A stretch of DNA of 59,376 bases, filler included, from Sluysia triapertura (Eukaryota), in the NCBI GenBank assembly GCA_046118255.1. It is 4 parts of 4 records of this genome, joined end to end, with 100 filler letters (N's around TTAATTAATTAA, not from the genome) between each part and the next. Parts side by side here need not be neighbours in the genome. Positions count along the whole stretch, not along the records: positions 1 to 16,534 come from JBJNIA010201596.1; positions 16,635 to 32,004 come from JBJNIA010230121.1; 2 more parts are not named here. One strand, given 5' to 3'. Positions 11,730 through 25,030 of the stretch are shown here, in pieces; positions within the stretch are counted from its first letter, which is position 1, and the number at the start of each line of letters is the position of its first letter. A program made the position numbers and the translations under genes. The notes beneath the pieces are model-generated. The model did no database searches, was not told the DNA's origin, and was given only the letters and a program-made list of their open reading frames with translations.

Positions 11730-14700
11730 CTTAATAAAACAGATTTTGAGTTATTAAAAAAATATCAACTCATTCAAAAACTTTGCTAAAATTTTTTATT
11801 TTTTTAAATTTATTTAGTAATTTAAAATAATTTATTTAATAAACATTGATAAACATTATTATAATAAACATTAATTATTTTATTATTAATTCCCATACAT
11901 GAGAGTTAAAAATTAAATAATTGAGTCGTTAAGGAGCTATTAATTATTACAGATCTAAAATAGATAAATAATATATTGTAATGTAGTTAAATCATTAATA
12001 TTTATAAATTTTGTATGCATCTGATTATTCAGATGTTAGTGAAGAGTTCGAAATTATATATTTGGTTTACGATAAATTAGCGCCAAAATTTATATATATA
12101 CTAAATTGGCATTCCATGTTTCTAACTTGAACTTTCAAATATCGTTTAAATTGTTTATATTCATGATGTAATTTATTTAAATAATTTTATTTGCTCTTTT
12201 GTTGGTTCTACAAGTTAATATTTAATTCCGTGATATGGTTTTGCTTGTTCATTAATTCGTTTAATTGCTGTATCCTTTGCTAATTTACTGCTAAATAATG
12301 CTTTTTCTTTCACTGCTAATTTAATTAAAGCTTTAGCTTTTTTCTTCTGTTATTGGATTTTCAATGATATTTAAATCGTTGATTTCTTAAATTATCATTT
12401 CAAAATGAAATGTACCCTTTGTAACATGCAGCATCAATCTTATACCTAGATTCCTATTCAGTTGTTGGATTATCACTTTCATCTGATCTTATATCTAATG
12501 CTTGAAATATAATTTACCTTATTTATTCTTCATAAATTTATATATAAAATATTTAATTCTTGTTACGATTCAGCATATTTTGTAAAATTTGCTGATTAAT
12601 TTTTGTTTTGCAATGTTTTTATGTGTAATATAAGAGCGTGCTAGTATTTTGTGTACTTTATTGATATTAAAAATTTCGAAATCACTTCCTATAACTTCAC
12701 TGTCTTCAGTTTTTCTTTTAAATTATCTAATGGAAAATGAATATTATTTAGAATATCTTCTTTTGTTACTATTTTAGGAGGATGAGATAATTTATTATGT
12801 TTAAAAATTTCACTATGATCTAAATAAGTTAAATTTATTTGAATATGAATTTTAATAGATGTTAACTACGATATCGTGGCGAACTTTTTATTGTCTCACT
12901 TTATGTCTCTTACTAATTTAATATTTTCTATTTTAGTATTGCTTAAATATTTGGTTAATTCTAATTATCAAGTTATAGTTTGTTATAAATAGAATAATTT
13001 CAATGTGTGTTAAATTAATAGATTTAGTTTAAAAATCAATAAATTTATTTTTTATAGTGTTATTTAATGTTATTATTATTATCACTAAATTTAAATGAAT
13101 AAAATAAAATAAATCACTAAATAAAATAATGAATTTAAATAATAATAATAATTTGTTAAATTACATTAACGCCAAGGTCAAATTAAGAAAGTAATTGTAA
13201 CAGATCAATCACAAAAAATACACAATACATTTTTTTAAATATTGAAATATTCAAAACATTGAAGAGGAATTTATATGAAGAAACATATCACTGATCTGTT
13301 ACTTGAAATATTCGAAAAACATTTCCGAAGAATTTGAAGCAACATATTGTCGATTTGCATTCGCATCAATCTTTGAAGAAGAATTTAATCAACCTAATAC
13401 TGATCTAATATTCGTTAGTTAATTTTATATAGGTTTTAATTTCACTTTAATAAGAACTATAAAATGTACTTAATTTTAATAATTAACTTTAAAAGATATT
13501 TTTAATTTATCTAGAAAAATTACTATAAAATTCCAAAGAAAACGATTATATTATAATTTGTAAGTTTTTATACTAAATTATATAATAAACTAAATAATAT
13601 ACTTTCGAATTTCATTGATTATTCCATTGGCATTGAATTGTAAGGTGCCGATTTTATATTCAGTTGTAACTTATTTACTTAAAATCACTAAAAATTTTTA
13701 GAAAATAGAGACCGATTTTATCGGTAGTAAACTCCATTAAAAACCTTTTTAATAGAAGAACGGTAGTAAATTTATTATTAAAATCTCTGCGAGTCAAATT
13801 GCTAAGTAAATTCATTGACATTGCATTATAAAAACCTTATAATTCATTAATTTAAGCTACATTCCTTTAAAAATTGCTAAGTAACTTTATAATTTCTTAA
13901 AAACAGTTTGGATCATTACATTGCCCTACAAAAATATTCATTAGACATTTAATAGATACTTGATCACTGTTAACCTCCATTAACTATCTTTTAATTGCGT
14001 AAAACTACGACTGTAAGGAACTCACTTGCATAGCATATCTTAAAGTAAATGCATTTTAATCACAGAAAATTATTCTTTTCAAGATCTTTTTGATGAGCTT
14101 TAGATTTACAATGTTAATTATATGTTAATTACAATTTTTGTAGAATATGTTAAGAAATATTTGAGAAACAATGTTATGTGTAATGTTTTTATATATTTGT
14201 TTGAGAAATGATTGAGCAACAATCATTCTTAATTCCATAAAATTAAGTTCAATACAATTGATTTTCCAATCATTCTTTCTTATTATTCACAATATTTTGT
14301 GATTTTAAAATATTTATGTAAATATTTCTGAAAAGATATTTTTTAAGTAAAGGAAAATGTTAATAGAAAGAGTAATAAGTGAGTCCCCTGGGATCCTAGG
14401 CTCATGCACTTAAGGGCTAGTCCGTAGGATGCATATAAAAGATAATTAAATTGGAGGTTAGATGGAATGAACTACTGTATAATGTGAAGGAATCGTTGCA
14501 ATGACTAATAAAGAGATATACATGTCTGGATTAAAGATAAGACTTATAATGCAAATGGTCAAGGTAGTAAACAATATTGATTATATAAGTTAATATACTC
14601 GGTGTTTATTAAATTATATTTTAGATTAATTTGAAATTTTGTAATTTTAATATGTTCTGATAATTAATAAACTAATTAAATATATTAAATTACAGAAATA

Positions 14701-16117
14701 GAATTAGATAAATTATAAATGTATCCAATTAAAATAGTTATCAATACTAGAAAATTAAGTTAGAAATAATTATAACTATACAACGACTTACGTACTGGAG
14801 TAATATTAAATGATAGTTTATAATTCTGTATTTTCTTATAATGCTTTTACTAAATTATCAACTTGAATTGACAATTTTTTTTCGAAATATTTTACAAATA
14901 AATTTATCTTAATCGTATTAAAAGATTAAAACCTTAGATTAAAATTTACTTGAATTTTAATATACACTTGTAAAATCTAATTCAAACTTATAATGTATTT
15001 AACTAATGATCACTCGAAATTCGTTGAGGATCAGCATAGTTTAAGTTGCTCACAGACGTTTACAGGAATGAATCATTAAAATAATAGTCCTTAAAAGTTC
15101 AATTAATCACTCGTTCAAATAAGTATTCGTGAAAGCTGATTATACGTTAAAAATGTATGAAAAAAATATGATACGTAGTTTTGTGTGAGAATGCATTGAT
15201 CAGTCAATTGACCTTAAAGTACAATTTTAATGATTTTTTAAAAGTACAATATACTATATATAATTATTACTTTTTAAAATTATTGAAGTTTGAAATCGTT
15301 TTTAAAATCGTTCTTTAGTTTTAAAATATAAAATACTTTATAACTGTATTGAAATAAAATATAATTAAATGTACAAAGTATAATTAGTAAAAATAAATGG
15401 ATAAACATATATTATAAATAATTAATTAAATAAACAAATACATACATATTTACAACTTTTTAGCATAACATTTTCAGGCAATATATCAAACATAATCATA
15501 TTATGTAACTATATAACTAAGTACATATGTAAATGTAACCACGATATTTCTATATATAATTTTAAAAAGACTTAGATAATATTTCAATATTATTAACCAC
15601 TAATATATATCATTTAAAAATAAAAGTTTACAATTAAAATAATATTCTTAGTTATTTATAGATTTTAATTCCAAATGAATGGCATATTTCGTCGAATAAC
15701 ATGTTTGCAAAAATAGACGATTTTAATGTAATGAATAATATTTAAAATTTTTGGAAAATTTCACTTTTTTATTAATTTATTTATAAATGATACATTTTAA
15801 TTAGGCTCATAAATTTCATCAACTTACTTGGTATACATTCTTCTTTCTTTAATTTCTTTTAAAATAGATGTTAATCTTATATTTTGTTAAGGTGCTCTTT
15901 TGACTTAATTGCCACAATCATAAATTAATGGTACTACAAATAATACCGTAATTATGTTGATATTAAAAATATATTATATAGAACACAAGATTAAACCCCT
16001 ATTACTCCTACAATTAAATATAATCTCATCAACATTAAACTGAAATGGCAATTCGTACTCTTCACATGACTTCACACTGTCAAACAATCTATATTTCATA
16101 TACAAATAAGCAAAGTT

Positions 16118-16160
16118 ACAGATGACGAGTCTCACTCGTCAAATGCACCCAAATGGTTAA
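16118..16160. mobile_element. piggyBac-type terminus
   Basis: ...CCCAAATGG followed by TTAA (16157-16160), with palindrome TGACGAGT-CTC-ACTCGTCA. Confidence 0.5.
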
Positions 16161-16414
16161 TCAATTTACTTGTTTTCTGAATAAAATTATATTTTGAATA
16201 TGTTTATAAAATAAATGTATTCATCACAACATTACAATAAAATTAAATACGTTCAATATGTTTAAAAAAGTTCAAGGGCTTAATGTCATTCCTTTATTAT
16301 ATATTTTCAGAGTAATACCAATTTTTATTTTACCAAAATAATTTGATAATACACAGTTTAGAGTAAAAAAAGTACATATCGTTAAATTTAATTTAAAATT
16401 AGTTTTGTTTTATT

Positions 16415-16534
16415 CAGTCAAATTAAAATTTCTGACAATAATTTACAAATGCTTACGTTACGGAAGTCCTGAATATCTTTTGGAAATAATACGAAAATTG
16501 GAAATGAAGATGAATATTTCATTGAGACATAATA
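16415..16534 (+). mobile_element. L2/CR1-group LINE ORF2 3' fragment, truncated by the gap
   Basis: LTIIYKCLRYGSPEYLLEIIRKLEMKMNISLRHN is near-identical to the copy at 47030-47150 (minus). Confidence 0.8.
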
Positions 16535-16634
16535 NNNNNNNNNNNNNNNNNNNNNNNNNNNNNNNNNNNNNNNNNNNNTTAATTAATTAANNNNNNNNNN
16601 NNNNNNNNNNNNNNNNNNNNNNNNNNNNNNNNNN
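16535..16634. other. Artificial contig spacer
   Basis: 44 N + TTAATTAATTAA (stop codons in all six frames) + 44 N. Confidence 0.98.

Positions 16635-16704
<70 letters not shown>
16635..16704. repeat. (AAT)n microsatellite at the contig start
   Basis: Uninterrupted AAT run. Confidence 0.97.
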
Positions 16705-16705
<1 letters not shown>

Positions 16706-17547
16706 TAAAATGAACAAATATTGATACTAAGAGATAATAAAGACAATTATAAAATATTTAAAGTAATTGGTACTTAACAAGGTTAAATTTTAATTAATTT
16801 AAAATTAAAATTTTTGTTCAGAAAAGATTGTTGAAAATGTAAAACTATGTGAGTGTAAAAGTGTAAAGTTGAAAATAAAGCAGTGAATAATTGAATGTAA
16901 GTTAGTCATTTTGTGTAATGTTTAAAATTGCATTGTGTTTAATGTGAAGAATTCCGATTTTTAACATTAAATATCAAATCAATTAATACAATTTTTAAGA
17001 TTATTATTGTTTTATTTTTAAACAAATGTCAACTTTTAAAACAAAAATTACTTGTATATTAAAGTTTTTATTTTATTGGAATGATTTGTGAATAAAATTT
17101 TTGACATTTAAGATTTTAATACTTCTCTCTGAGGTTGAATTTAACCAATGGCAAAATTAAGATAAACCTATAAAAGTTATAAATATCGACTTATAATTTA
17201 TAATTAAAAATATTTCCACTTAAATTATATTATTGTAGTCCACGAATGTACTTTCAGTAGAAATATGGTTTTATTAATGTAAATTTTATTACTATATTAT
17301 ACCATTATTATAAAAATATTACAAGTTTGACTAAATTTATGTTGATGTAGATCATATATATTAAATTATTTCTATCTTATAGAAAATTAAAAATTAAAAA
17401 TCCCTTTGCGATTTAATAAAAATTTTAGATTGTCACGAAAATATTCCTGAAAATCCACGGAATACAATTGATGCAAACATGTTCACAACTAGTGTGTGCT
17501 TCTGAATAGGTAGCCAAGAAGATGTACTTTGTAATACTTATACAAAA

Positions 17548-17603
<56 letters not shown>

Positions 17604-17619
17604 CGTTATTATTATTATT
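17548..17619. repeat. (ATT/ATC)n compound microsatellite
   Basis: attatc and attatt tandem run. Confidence 0.9.
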
Positions 17620-18100
17620 GTAGTAAAATGAATGTTCTTAATGTAAAATCATTTTTTTCATCTAAAAATAATGCTCATTTTGTGTTGGAACTCATTTTTA
17701 TTTTCATATTTTCATTTTAAAATAAATTTACAATCATTTATTTGTATTTTTTTGAAATTTTTCAATTATTATAAAATTACCGATATTTTAATGTTTTTAT
17801 ATTAAATTAAAAGTGAGAATACAAAGCGACAATATGTAAATTCAAAATTTAATAACAAATAACAATCAATTTTAAATTGAAATTGTATAAATGATCATTT
17901 TAAAGTGAGATTCAATAAAGGTAACATGAAATTAAAATTTATAAACACCAAACCTTATACCAAATGAACACAGTTTGTACCGAAAGGGTTAAAGGTTACC
18001 ATTAAATTAAAATGAAAATATGAAAATGATAAATTACATGTATATTAAAAACACAATAGTAAATTTAAAAATTGTTTTATTATTCTTTTTTTATTATCAG

Positions 18101-18418
18101 TAAACATTGAAGTATACATAATTGTAAATGGTGTAATTCAACGAGAAAGAATTAATTATGTTAACAAAAACGATTTAGTGAATTTTTATGTCGATGTTAC
18201 TAAATTTCCATCACCATTAAACATAGATTCAACAATTCAATTATTTATTCACGATAATCAACCAGTTTTTCTCAATAAATCATTCGGCTTTATACCAACA
18301 GGTTATCAGGTAGTTGCACTTATTGATGATCATAAAAACCAATATCCAATTGATTGTACAGTATATTTTCATCGATATCATCATAAATATACAGTGAATA
18401 AAACGTTAATGATTTATC
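18101..18418 (+). CDS. Probable symmetric phase 1-1 exon encoding a beta-rich (Ig-like?) extracellular module
   Basis: Polypyrimidine tract plus CAG acceptor (18100), 318 nt open, GTTAGT donor. Peptide NIEVYIIVNG...IDCTVYFHRYHHKYTVNKTLMIY has alternating hydrophobic strands and NxS/T sites. Confidence 0.5.
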
Positions 18419-19499
18419 GTTAGTATTGTTATATACATTCTTTATTTGAGTTATTTTTTGTGAATTTTATTCTCATTAAAATTTAAAAATCGTTTGTATC
18501 GACTTTTAAAATTACATAATTAAATTGATAGTTATTTCTTGTAATTTATAAAACCTTTTAGTAGTATGATTATGTACAATTATGAATTCCCAGAAGGAAT
18601 AGTTACATAAGATCAACTAAAACATGCACATCTGTTCTAAATCTTCGCCTCATTAATAAACCTACTTTTGAACTTTGTATATATTATCAATTTTTCAAAC
18701 TTCTGTATACGTAAAAGTTAGCATAAAATCATGTTAAATGTTCATATTAATCTTTTAAATCTATACAGCCGGAGATTTTCCAGAGATGGATAATGCAGTC
18801 AAGAAGTAGTCATATAATGAACATTCAATAATATTGTTAAAAAATGTAAATTGATAAAATAAATAGGACCAGTTAACTTGGCATGTTCGTAATATTTGAA
18901 ATTATTTACTTTCTATACTTTCTATGTCAAAATTGTTTGTGTTAAGTACTTCAACATTATGATTTTTAAAAATATTTAGCTGAATTATCTTTTTTGACAT
19001 TTCATCATTTTCATCTTGTACTGCAGATCGTATTTTATATTGTGAATCATTTAATAGAAGAGGACATTGAGAGGCTGAAACCAGAAGAATAAAAAATAAA
19101 AATAAAAAATAAAAAACAATAAATTTTAGAATGAGAAATACTACAAATATATTTATTTGATAAAATTATTAACTTTTTAATGTTAAATGACTTATATTTA
19201 ATTGAGAAAGTGTTAAGGTTTGGAGAAGCTTATTAATTGTTATGTAAACGCATTAATAGTTTTTATCTTACAAGGAAGAAAATGAATTTTACGTCGTTAT
19301 AAATTTATGTGAAAATTTAAATGAGTTAAAAAAGAGGTACAAATCCATCATAAAATTTACTAATAAATTTTTATAAAGATATAGAGCTTTGGGGAGTTAA
19401 GTGTTTGTGTTTTAATAGAATTTGACATTATAAATTTGATGGCCGTATACAAGTCTACGAGCATAACTTTATAACTAAACGATTTTATATACACTTCGA

Positions 19500-20159
19500 T
19501 ATCTTTTAGTATGTCTTGTTGATGATGAGGGATTATTTAAATCCGAAGCCTGTGATAACAAAATTATAACGAAACCATCACTATTCGTCGAAATCATAGG
19601 TTTAAACTCTAGCATATTGAATTCTTGACTACTTGTTTTACAAACTGGTGTATTTGATCCAAATCCAGATTATTGTCTTTCTGAGCATAATCTACCAATA
19701 GTACTAGTCGTAAAAATGTCAATAATTGAACTTCCACCCTGCTTAAGTTGTGTATCTAATGGTAATATCATTCAAGAACTTGAATTTGGTATTTTATTAT
19801 GGTACGACTTCCAACTTTGCATTTTGTACAAAGTAATTTTGTGTAAATTCTGGGTTCTCATTTAACCATGCCACAACTTTATCTGAAACAGGGTAATGTT
19901 CCCAAGATGCACTTATATGATTGTGCTGATGATGATCGGCATTGTTACTACTTGTACTACTCGTTGATAACGTTTCAATGTTTCCTGATCCACGACAAAA
20001 TAAGCAATGCCTCGGAGTCGAATCTGTTTGTAACGTTAATTCTTGATTGTTTCTAATGTTAGATAATTTTGGAACAGATTTATCCAGAGTAATGGAATCT
20101 ACACAATCATCTTTTTGTGAACTAGTTTTAGAATGAGCTCTTGATTTATTAAAATTCAT
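19500..20159 (-). pseudogene. Disrupted N-terminal fragment of a PDE5/6/11-type cGMP phosphodiesterase
   Basis: DKVVAWLNENPEFTQNYFVQNA matches the PDE5/11 motif VEAWLDxxxxFTxxYFVRKA. Downstream SGFGSNTPVCK/SQEF...KPMISTNSDG matches TPVRKISAxEF...KP...DG but contains stops and frameshifts. No GAF or catalytic exons were found in the contig. Confidence 0.7.
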
Positions 20160-21374
20160 TCTGTATTATGTTTTATCTTTGTATCTGAAATTCAAAAACA
20201 GTAACAAGAGACTTCGCCTTTTCTCGGTATTAAATCATTTAAATTACTTGTTAATTTTTTTAAAATCCAAAAAACAATAAATTAAACTTCTATCTTTTAT
20301 TTTCTAATTCGTCATATTTTTAAATTTTTTGTTTATGTGCATTTTGGATGTCATCTAATCAGGCCTTTAAAAAAGATAGATGAGCAAAATAGTGGGTATT
20401 TTATGCGTTTCGAGTAGATTTGTTAGTGTGATGGAATGGTATTGGATGTCATTGTGGTTTATGTGTAATGAGTTTATGATTGTAACTTAGTTTGAGCAAA
20501 TAAACTATTGAATAAATGTTATTAATTATTAGGTATTGATTGTTAGAGTGTAGTATAAATTAAAGGGTTTGAAAGTATTAATTGGATTATTTCGAATGAG
20601 TTTGTTGTTGGATTTTTGTAAATGTTGAGTAATGCTTCTGATGAGTTAGTTAATGTAAATTGATAGTGTTGAATATGATTGTGAATTTTATGATGTTGTG
20701 GAATTTTAAACATAAATTGATTTTAAAGAGCATGAAATAATGGGTGCATAACTGTTAAGATGTAATGAAAATAGAAGTTAGTTTTTAATAAAATTTTAGG
20801 TTGACCACTACAGCAGCATATCACCGATAATCGGTTATTGTAAGTATTTTTTGGTGAAAAACCCATTGTTTCAATTTATTAGGTCTCACAGCACCACCAA
20901 TGATGGCGAAAGGGCAGAAACACGACAGCCCATGCGGGAGATTTATGGACAGAAATTTAACTTTAGGATTTTATACCATGCTTAAACAATGATACATTAA
21001 CATACTAGAGTTGTAACATTTTTTTGCTTTAAAAATTTATATCATTGATTAAATTAAAATTTATTTCTGTCCAGTTTTGTATTACTTTTTTAATGTTATA
21101 TACAAATAATGTATCATATATACTTTTAAACTTATATTTGACAATAACGTGCAGGAAATATTTTTAATAATTATATAATTGTAATTATTATTAAGTTTTT
21201 AATGTTTTAAATAGATAATTGTATGGATGATGGAATAAATTGTGTTTTAATCAAAGATTTTTGCAAACATTTCAATACTCATTACTTCTCGCAAGCTTGG
21301 AGAAATGCTATTAGAACGCAATGTAAGAAAACTTGTGGGTAAGTTAAATATTCTGTATGAATATTAAAGAAAAT

Positions 21375-21550
21375 ATTAAAATTTCGAAAATTTATTAATA
21401 ACGAAACAACTAAGCTTAGTATTCATTCAGTGCCAAATATTAACAGATTTTAGCAATGTTACTTTATAAAGAAATGTTAAAAGATTACAATTCATAATGG
21501 ATCAATTAATAAATACTCAATCAGCGAGACTAATTTTCCAAGTAAGAATA
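21375..21550 (+). mobile_element. L2-group LINE fragment
   Basis: Nucleotide similarity to 47210-47385 (minus); encodes ...FINNETTKL...KRLQFIM...QSARLIFQV. Confidence 0.65.
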
Positions 21551-22074
21551 TATCTGCAAGCATTACATATTTAAAATTTTAATTCCTCTGGTAAGATGTT
21601 ATAGAATTTTTATCTTTGTTATTAATTCGAAAATTCCCCAAGACAATTATTTCTTTCGATTTTACGTTATGTATCAAGCTGTCGATATTATCTTTCTTTA
21701 TCTTTTACAAGTCACAATTGTTTTTATTGGTGTCACATTAATATTAGCTTGTTCCAAAAACTTTACTTTACAATTTTGACAACATAACAAAATTTACAAG
21801 AAAAGATAACGAATAATAATAACAATAATTATTATAAAATAGTTATAATAATATTACACTAACTAAATTTTTAATAAACAAAATTATTAATTAGAAGATA
21901 CAAAAATTATAACAATTTACAAAGTATAATAAAAATAGGATTTTAAATTATTATAATATTTAATTACATTTACTTACAAGGTGTGATATAAGTAATCAGA
22001 ATTTTTGTTATTTAATTTTTAATTATTAATAATGTTGGGATAATTATGACAGTGTAATTGACTGTAATGAAACA

Positions 22075-22112
22075 AAATTATTAGACAGGGATAATAGCTC
22101 AGTGGGTAGATG
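22075..22112 (+). repeat. Truncated copy of the tRNA-like element at 53.4 kb
   Basis: aaattattagacagggataatagctcagtgggtaga resembles aaattgttagacggggctgatagctcagtggtata (53.45-53.49 kb, minus), including the 5' flank. Confidence 0.5.
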
Positions 22113-22639
22113 TAGTGTCACAACTGCACACATCATTTTGTTGCTAAAACCCTTTCATCAATAAACATAGACATAAGCACAAATACAATTCACTTCAAAA
22201 GCATTCATGAACATTTCATCTATCTCATAACATCATCATATCTCGCCCAATTCACAAAATTCTTACTACTAAACCATTAACACGAAGGTTTCATTATTTG
22301 TAAATTTATTATAGCCTTTAATTAATTATAATCATAATTGTAATTAAATATAGCCTTTCTTGATAATATCCCTTCTTCTAATCTAAAATTCTAATCTATT
22401 GTGTAAATATGTCTAGTTAGAGATGTATAGTTATTTTTTTAAAGAAATTGTAAACTCTTTATGTTTCAAATTATTGACTTATTATTGTATATAGTTTTAT
22501 TTCTTTAAGTTTTTGATGACGATAAATTTATGTTGTTTTAATATCACACTGATTTGAAAATATGTCAAAATTTTTCGAAATTGTATTGGGCATTTGTGCT
22601 GTTAGTTATGAAAATGATGATCTTTTATGGGCCATGCAG

Positions 22640-22860
22640 GACGCTGAAGTTTACAAACACGATGCGTGGTAAACGAGTGTTACAAGTTATTACTACTACA
22701 ATATCTAATACGCTGAGAAGTGTAAACTGCCAAGAACGTCATGTTGGATCAACGGCTATTTCATCATGTGGTGAAGGTTTATCACGCGTCATGGAAAGTT
22801 TGGATGATAAAAATACCCGAGTGCAAGCTTATGACGACGTAGCGTTTTTGCATCTCTTAG
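22640..22860 (+). mobile_element. Non-LTR (R1/LOA-like) reverse transcriptase relic
   Basis: ...ITTTISNTLRSVNCQ...LSRVMESLDDKNTRVQAYDDVAFL contains a decayed VQAYADDV catalytic motif. Confidence 0.55.
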
Positions 22861-23995
22861 AGGCCATTTCAAAAGATGTAAATCTAATTTATTTACCGAG
22901 AATAGTAAAAAAGCATTACCAAGTTCTTGAATTAAAATTTAGTTAATTAATTGTGGCTGTAAATTGTAACTACAAAGCAGCTCCTGATGTTATTATTAGT
23001 GTTCCATTTATGCCTTATTATGATCAATTTATGATCCTAATTAGAATATTGTTGCAACGTTGTGGTACTGTTCATTTATCACGTTTATATGAAAGTAAAA
23101 CGATCGAAGGTATTTCACTTATGGACCTTGCCGTTGATCGAGATAAATTCTTAGTTGATGATAGAGATGTCATGATGTGTTTATTCAAAAGTCAAATTGA
23201 ATTGGACAAAGAAATTCTTGATTCTGATTCAAAATGTGACAATTTAAGTGCAGATGATCCATTTTCTAATTATATGATTTGTGTTTGGGCACGAATTTGT
23301 AAGTTTACAGCTCAACCGCAATTTTTTAAACCACTACCAAAAACTGTTATGTAATTCCTCACGTCTCTCATTCGCATATTGAGTTCCAGTTTTGAAAATA
23401 CGTACTAAAACCAATCCAGATCGTGTCCATGACACTACAAAATTTGAACTTTATGAAGTATTTTTAAATTTTTATGATTTTTGAGTGTCTTTGTAGTTTT
23501 GAAACTGTTGTGCATCCAATACATTTTGTCTTAAACTATTTCTTTTTTTGGTTTTACAATTTCAATCATTATTTTTAAGTTTTTAATAAAACCTATTTAA
23601 ATAACAAATTTATAGAAGATTTTTCCTTAAGTAATTTAATGCAGGACCTTAAGTCCTACTTTCTTTGTAATTTAAATTTTAATGTAATTTTAAATCGACA
23701 AAGCTTGATTAATATTTTAAAACTAAACGACCCACACCATTATAGTAGAGACAGTAGAACCAACCTAGAACTTCAGGTATTGAAAGAGCAATGATAAAGA
23801 ACAATGTGATAAATTTTAGAAAACAATGAATATAAAATTTAATATTTTACATTTAAAAGTTTTATATTTTATGATTGAATTATGCAGTAACCGTTAATTG
23901 TTTAATTCAATTATTAGTCTTGTTTAAAAAATCAGCATTATCACAATTCAAATTCCGAAATGTTTCAAATTTCTGCTTCGTCTAGCCCTACCTGG

Positions 23996-25030
23996 TGGTG
24001 ACACCGACGTCAAGGATCTGTTATTGTATAATGATGAAATTAAGAAATATTTCACCTCAAAGAATAATACCAAGGTGGCTCTGATAAGCACAATCACATA
24101 AGTCTACCTAAAACGAACATAGACTGATATTTTCTAGAAAATAATTCATTCCTATTCTTAATTCATTTCACCTTATTTGTATATCTTTGTCTCCTTTATC
24201 CCGTCCTATAACGGATAACACTTTATTATATCTTCGAAAATTCTTACCAAAACTCTGCAATGATCTTGGATTATCTCACGTCAAACTTCTGTCATGAGCA
24301 CCCTTCGAATATCTCCAAGACATTTCTACGACTGCGGTGTCACGGTATGTGTTTACTTTGATGCCTTAGAAAAATGAAACTCCTTCTTCGAAATTAACAC
24401 ATTCAATCCGTGTCGCCATTCGACCAAACTAGCACATTTCTAACTCGAAACTATCCCAACGAGATTTCACTCCATCCAGACCACAAAACCTTTAGAAAAT
24501 AATAAAACTGTTAAATTCACACTTATCAATATTACTGCTTCTAAGAAAAATACAAACCTGAAATCTAAAAACATTCCAGCGGCTCCATCTCCAAAGTGAA
24601 GGTGACTCCTATCCTGGCCTAACTCAAATTTGAAAGCAAACAGTCAATGTCCAATTAATGGTCCATGAAAGAAAGAATCCCTGCATCGCCAAATGATTTT
24701 GCTTCAAGTCAAATGCGATACCTTAGCTCCGGTATGTGTCATATTATGAATATATTCGAAAGCTGTTGACCTAGAACGAGTCGATAAGTACCTGATAATT
24801 GGTGGTCGTAGAAAATCTTGTTGAAAATTTGGAAATTTCTAAACTAGATAGTGGATTTTTTGAAACTCAATGCTGCTTAGACCTACACGTGAAAGTGCAT
24901 CGGCGACCACGTTTTCTATGTTGAAGTTAAACTGGAACAAATAACTTATATGGCGTTGTCTTGGTGTAGGGTTTTCCATCGTGAATATATGTAACAACGG
25001 TAGAATGGAATTCACAAAGTCACTAGTCAC
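23996..25030. mobile_element. Ty3/gypsy LTR retrotransposon relics
   Basis: Minus strand 24700-25000 reads TPRQRHISYLFQF...ENVVADALSR (RNase H end) and STAFEYIHNMTHTGAKVS (integrase Zn-binding helix). Plus strand 23996-24013 TGGTGACACCGACGTCAA resembles a tRNA-Trp PBS (TGGTGACCCCGACGTGAT). Confidence 0.75.

Noticed and set aside
16579-16590. TTAATTAATTAA palindrome recurring three times
   Set aside because: It is always centred in exactly 100-nt N spacers, so it is an assembly linker rather than biology.
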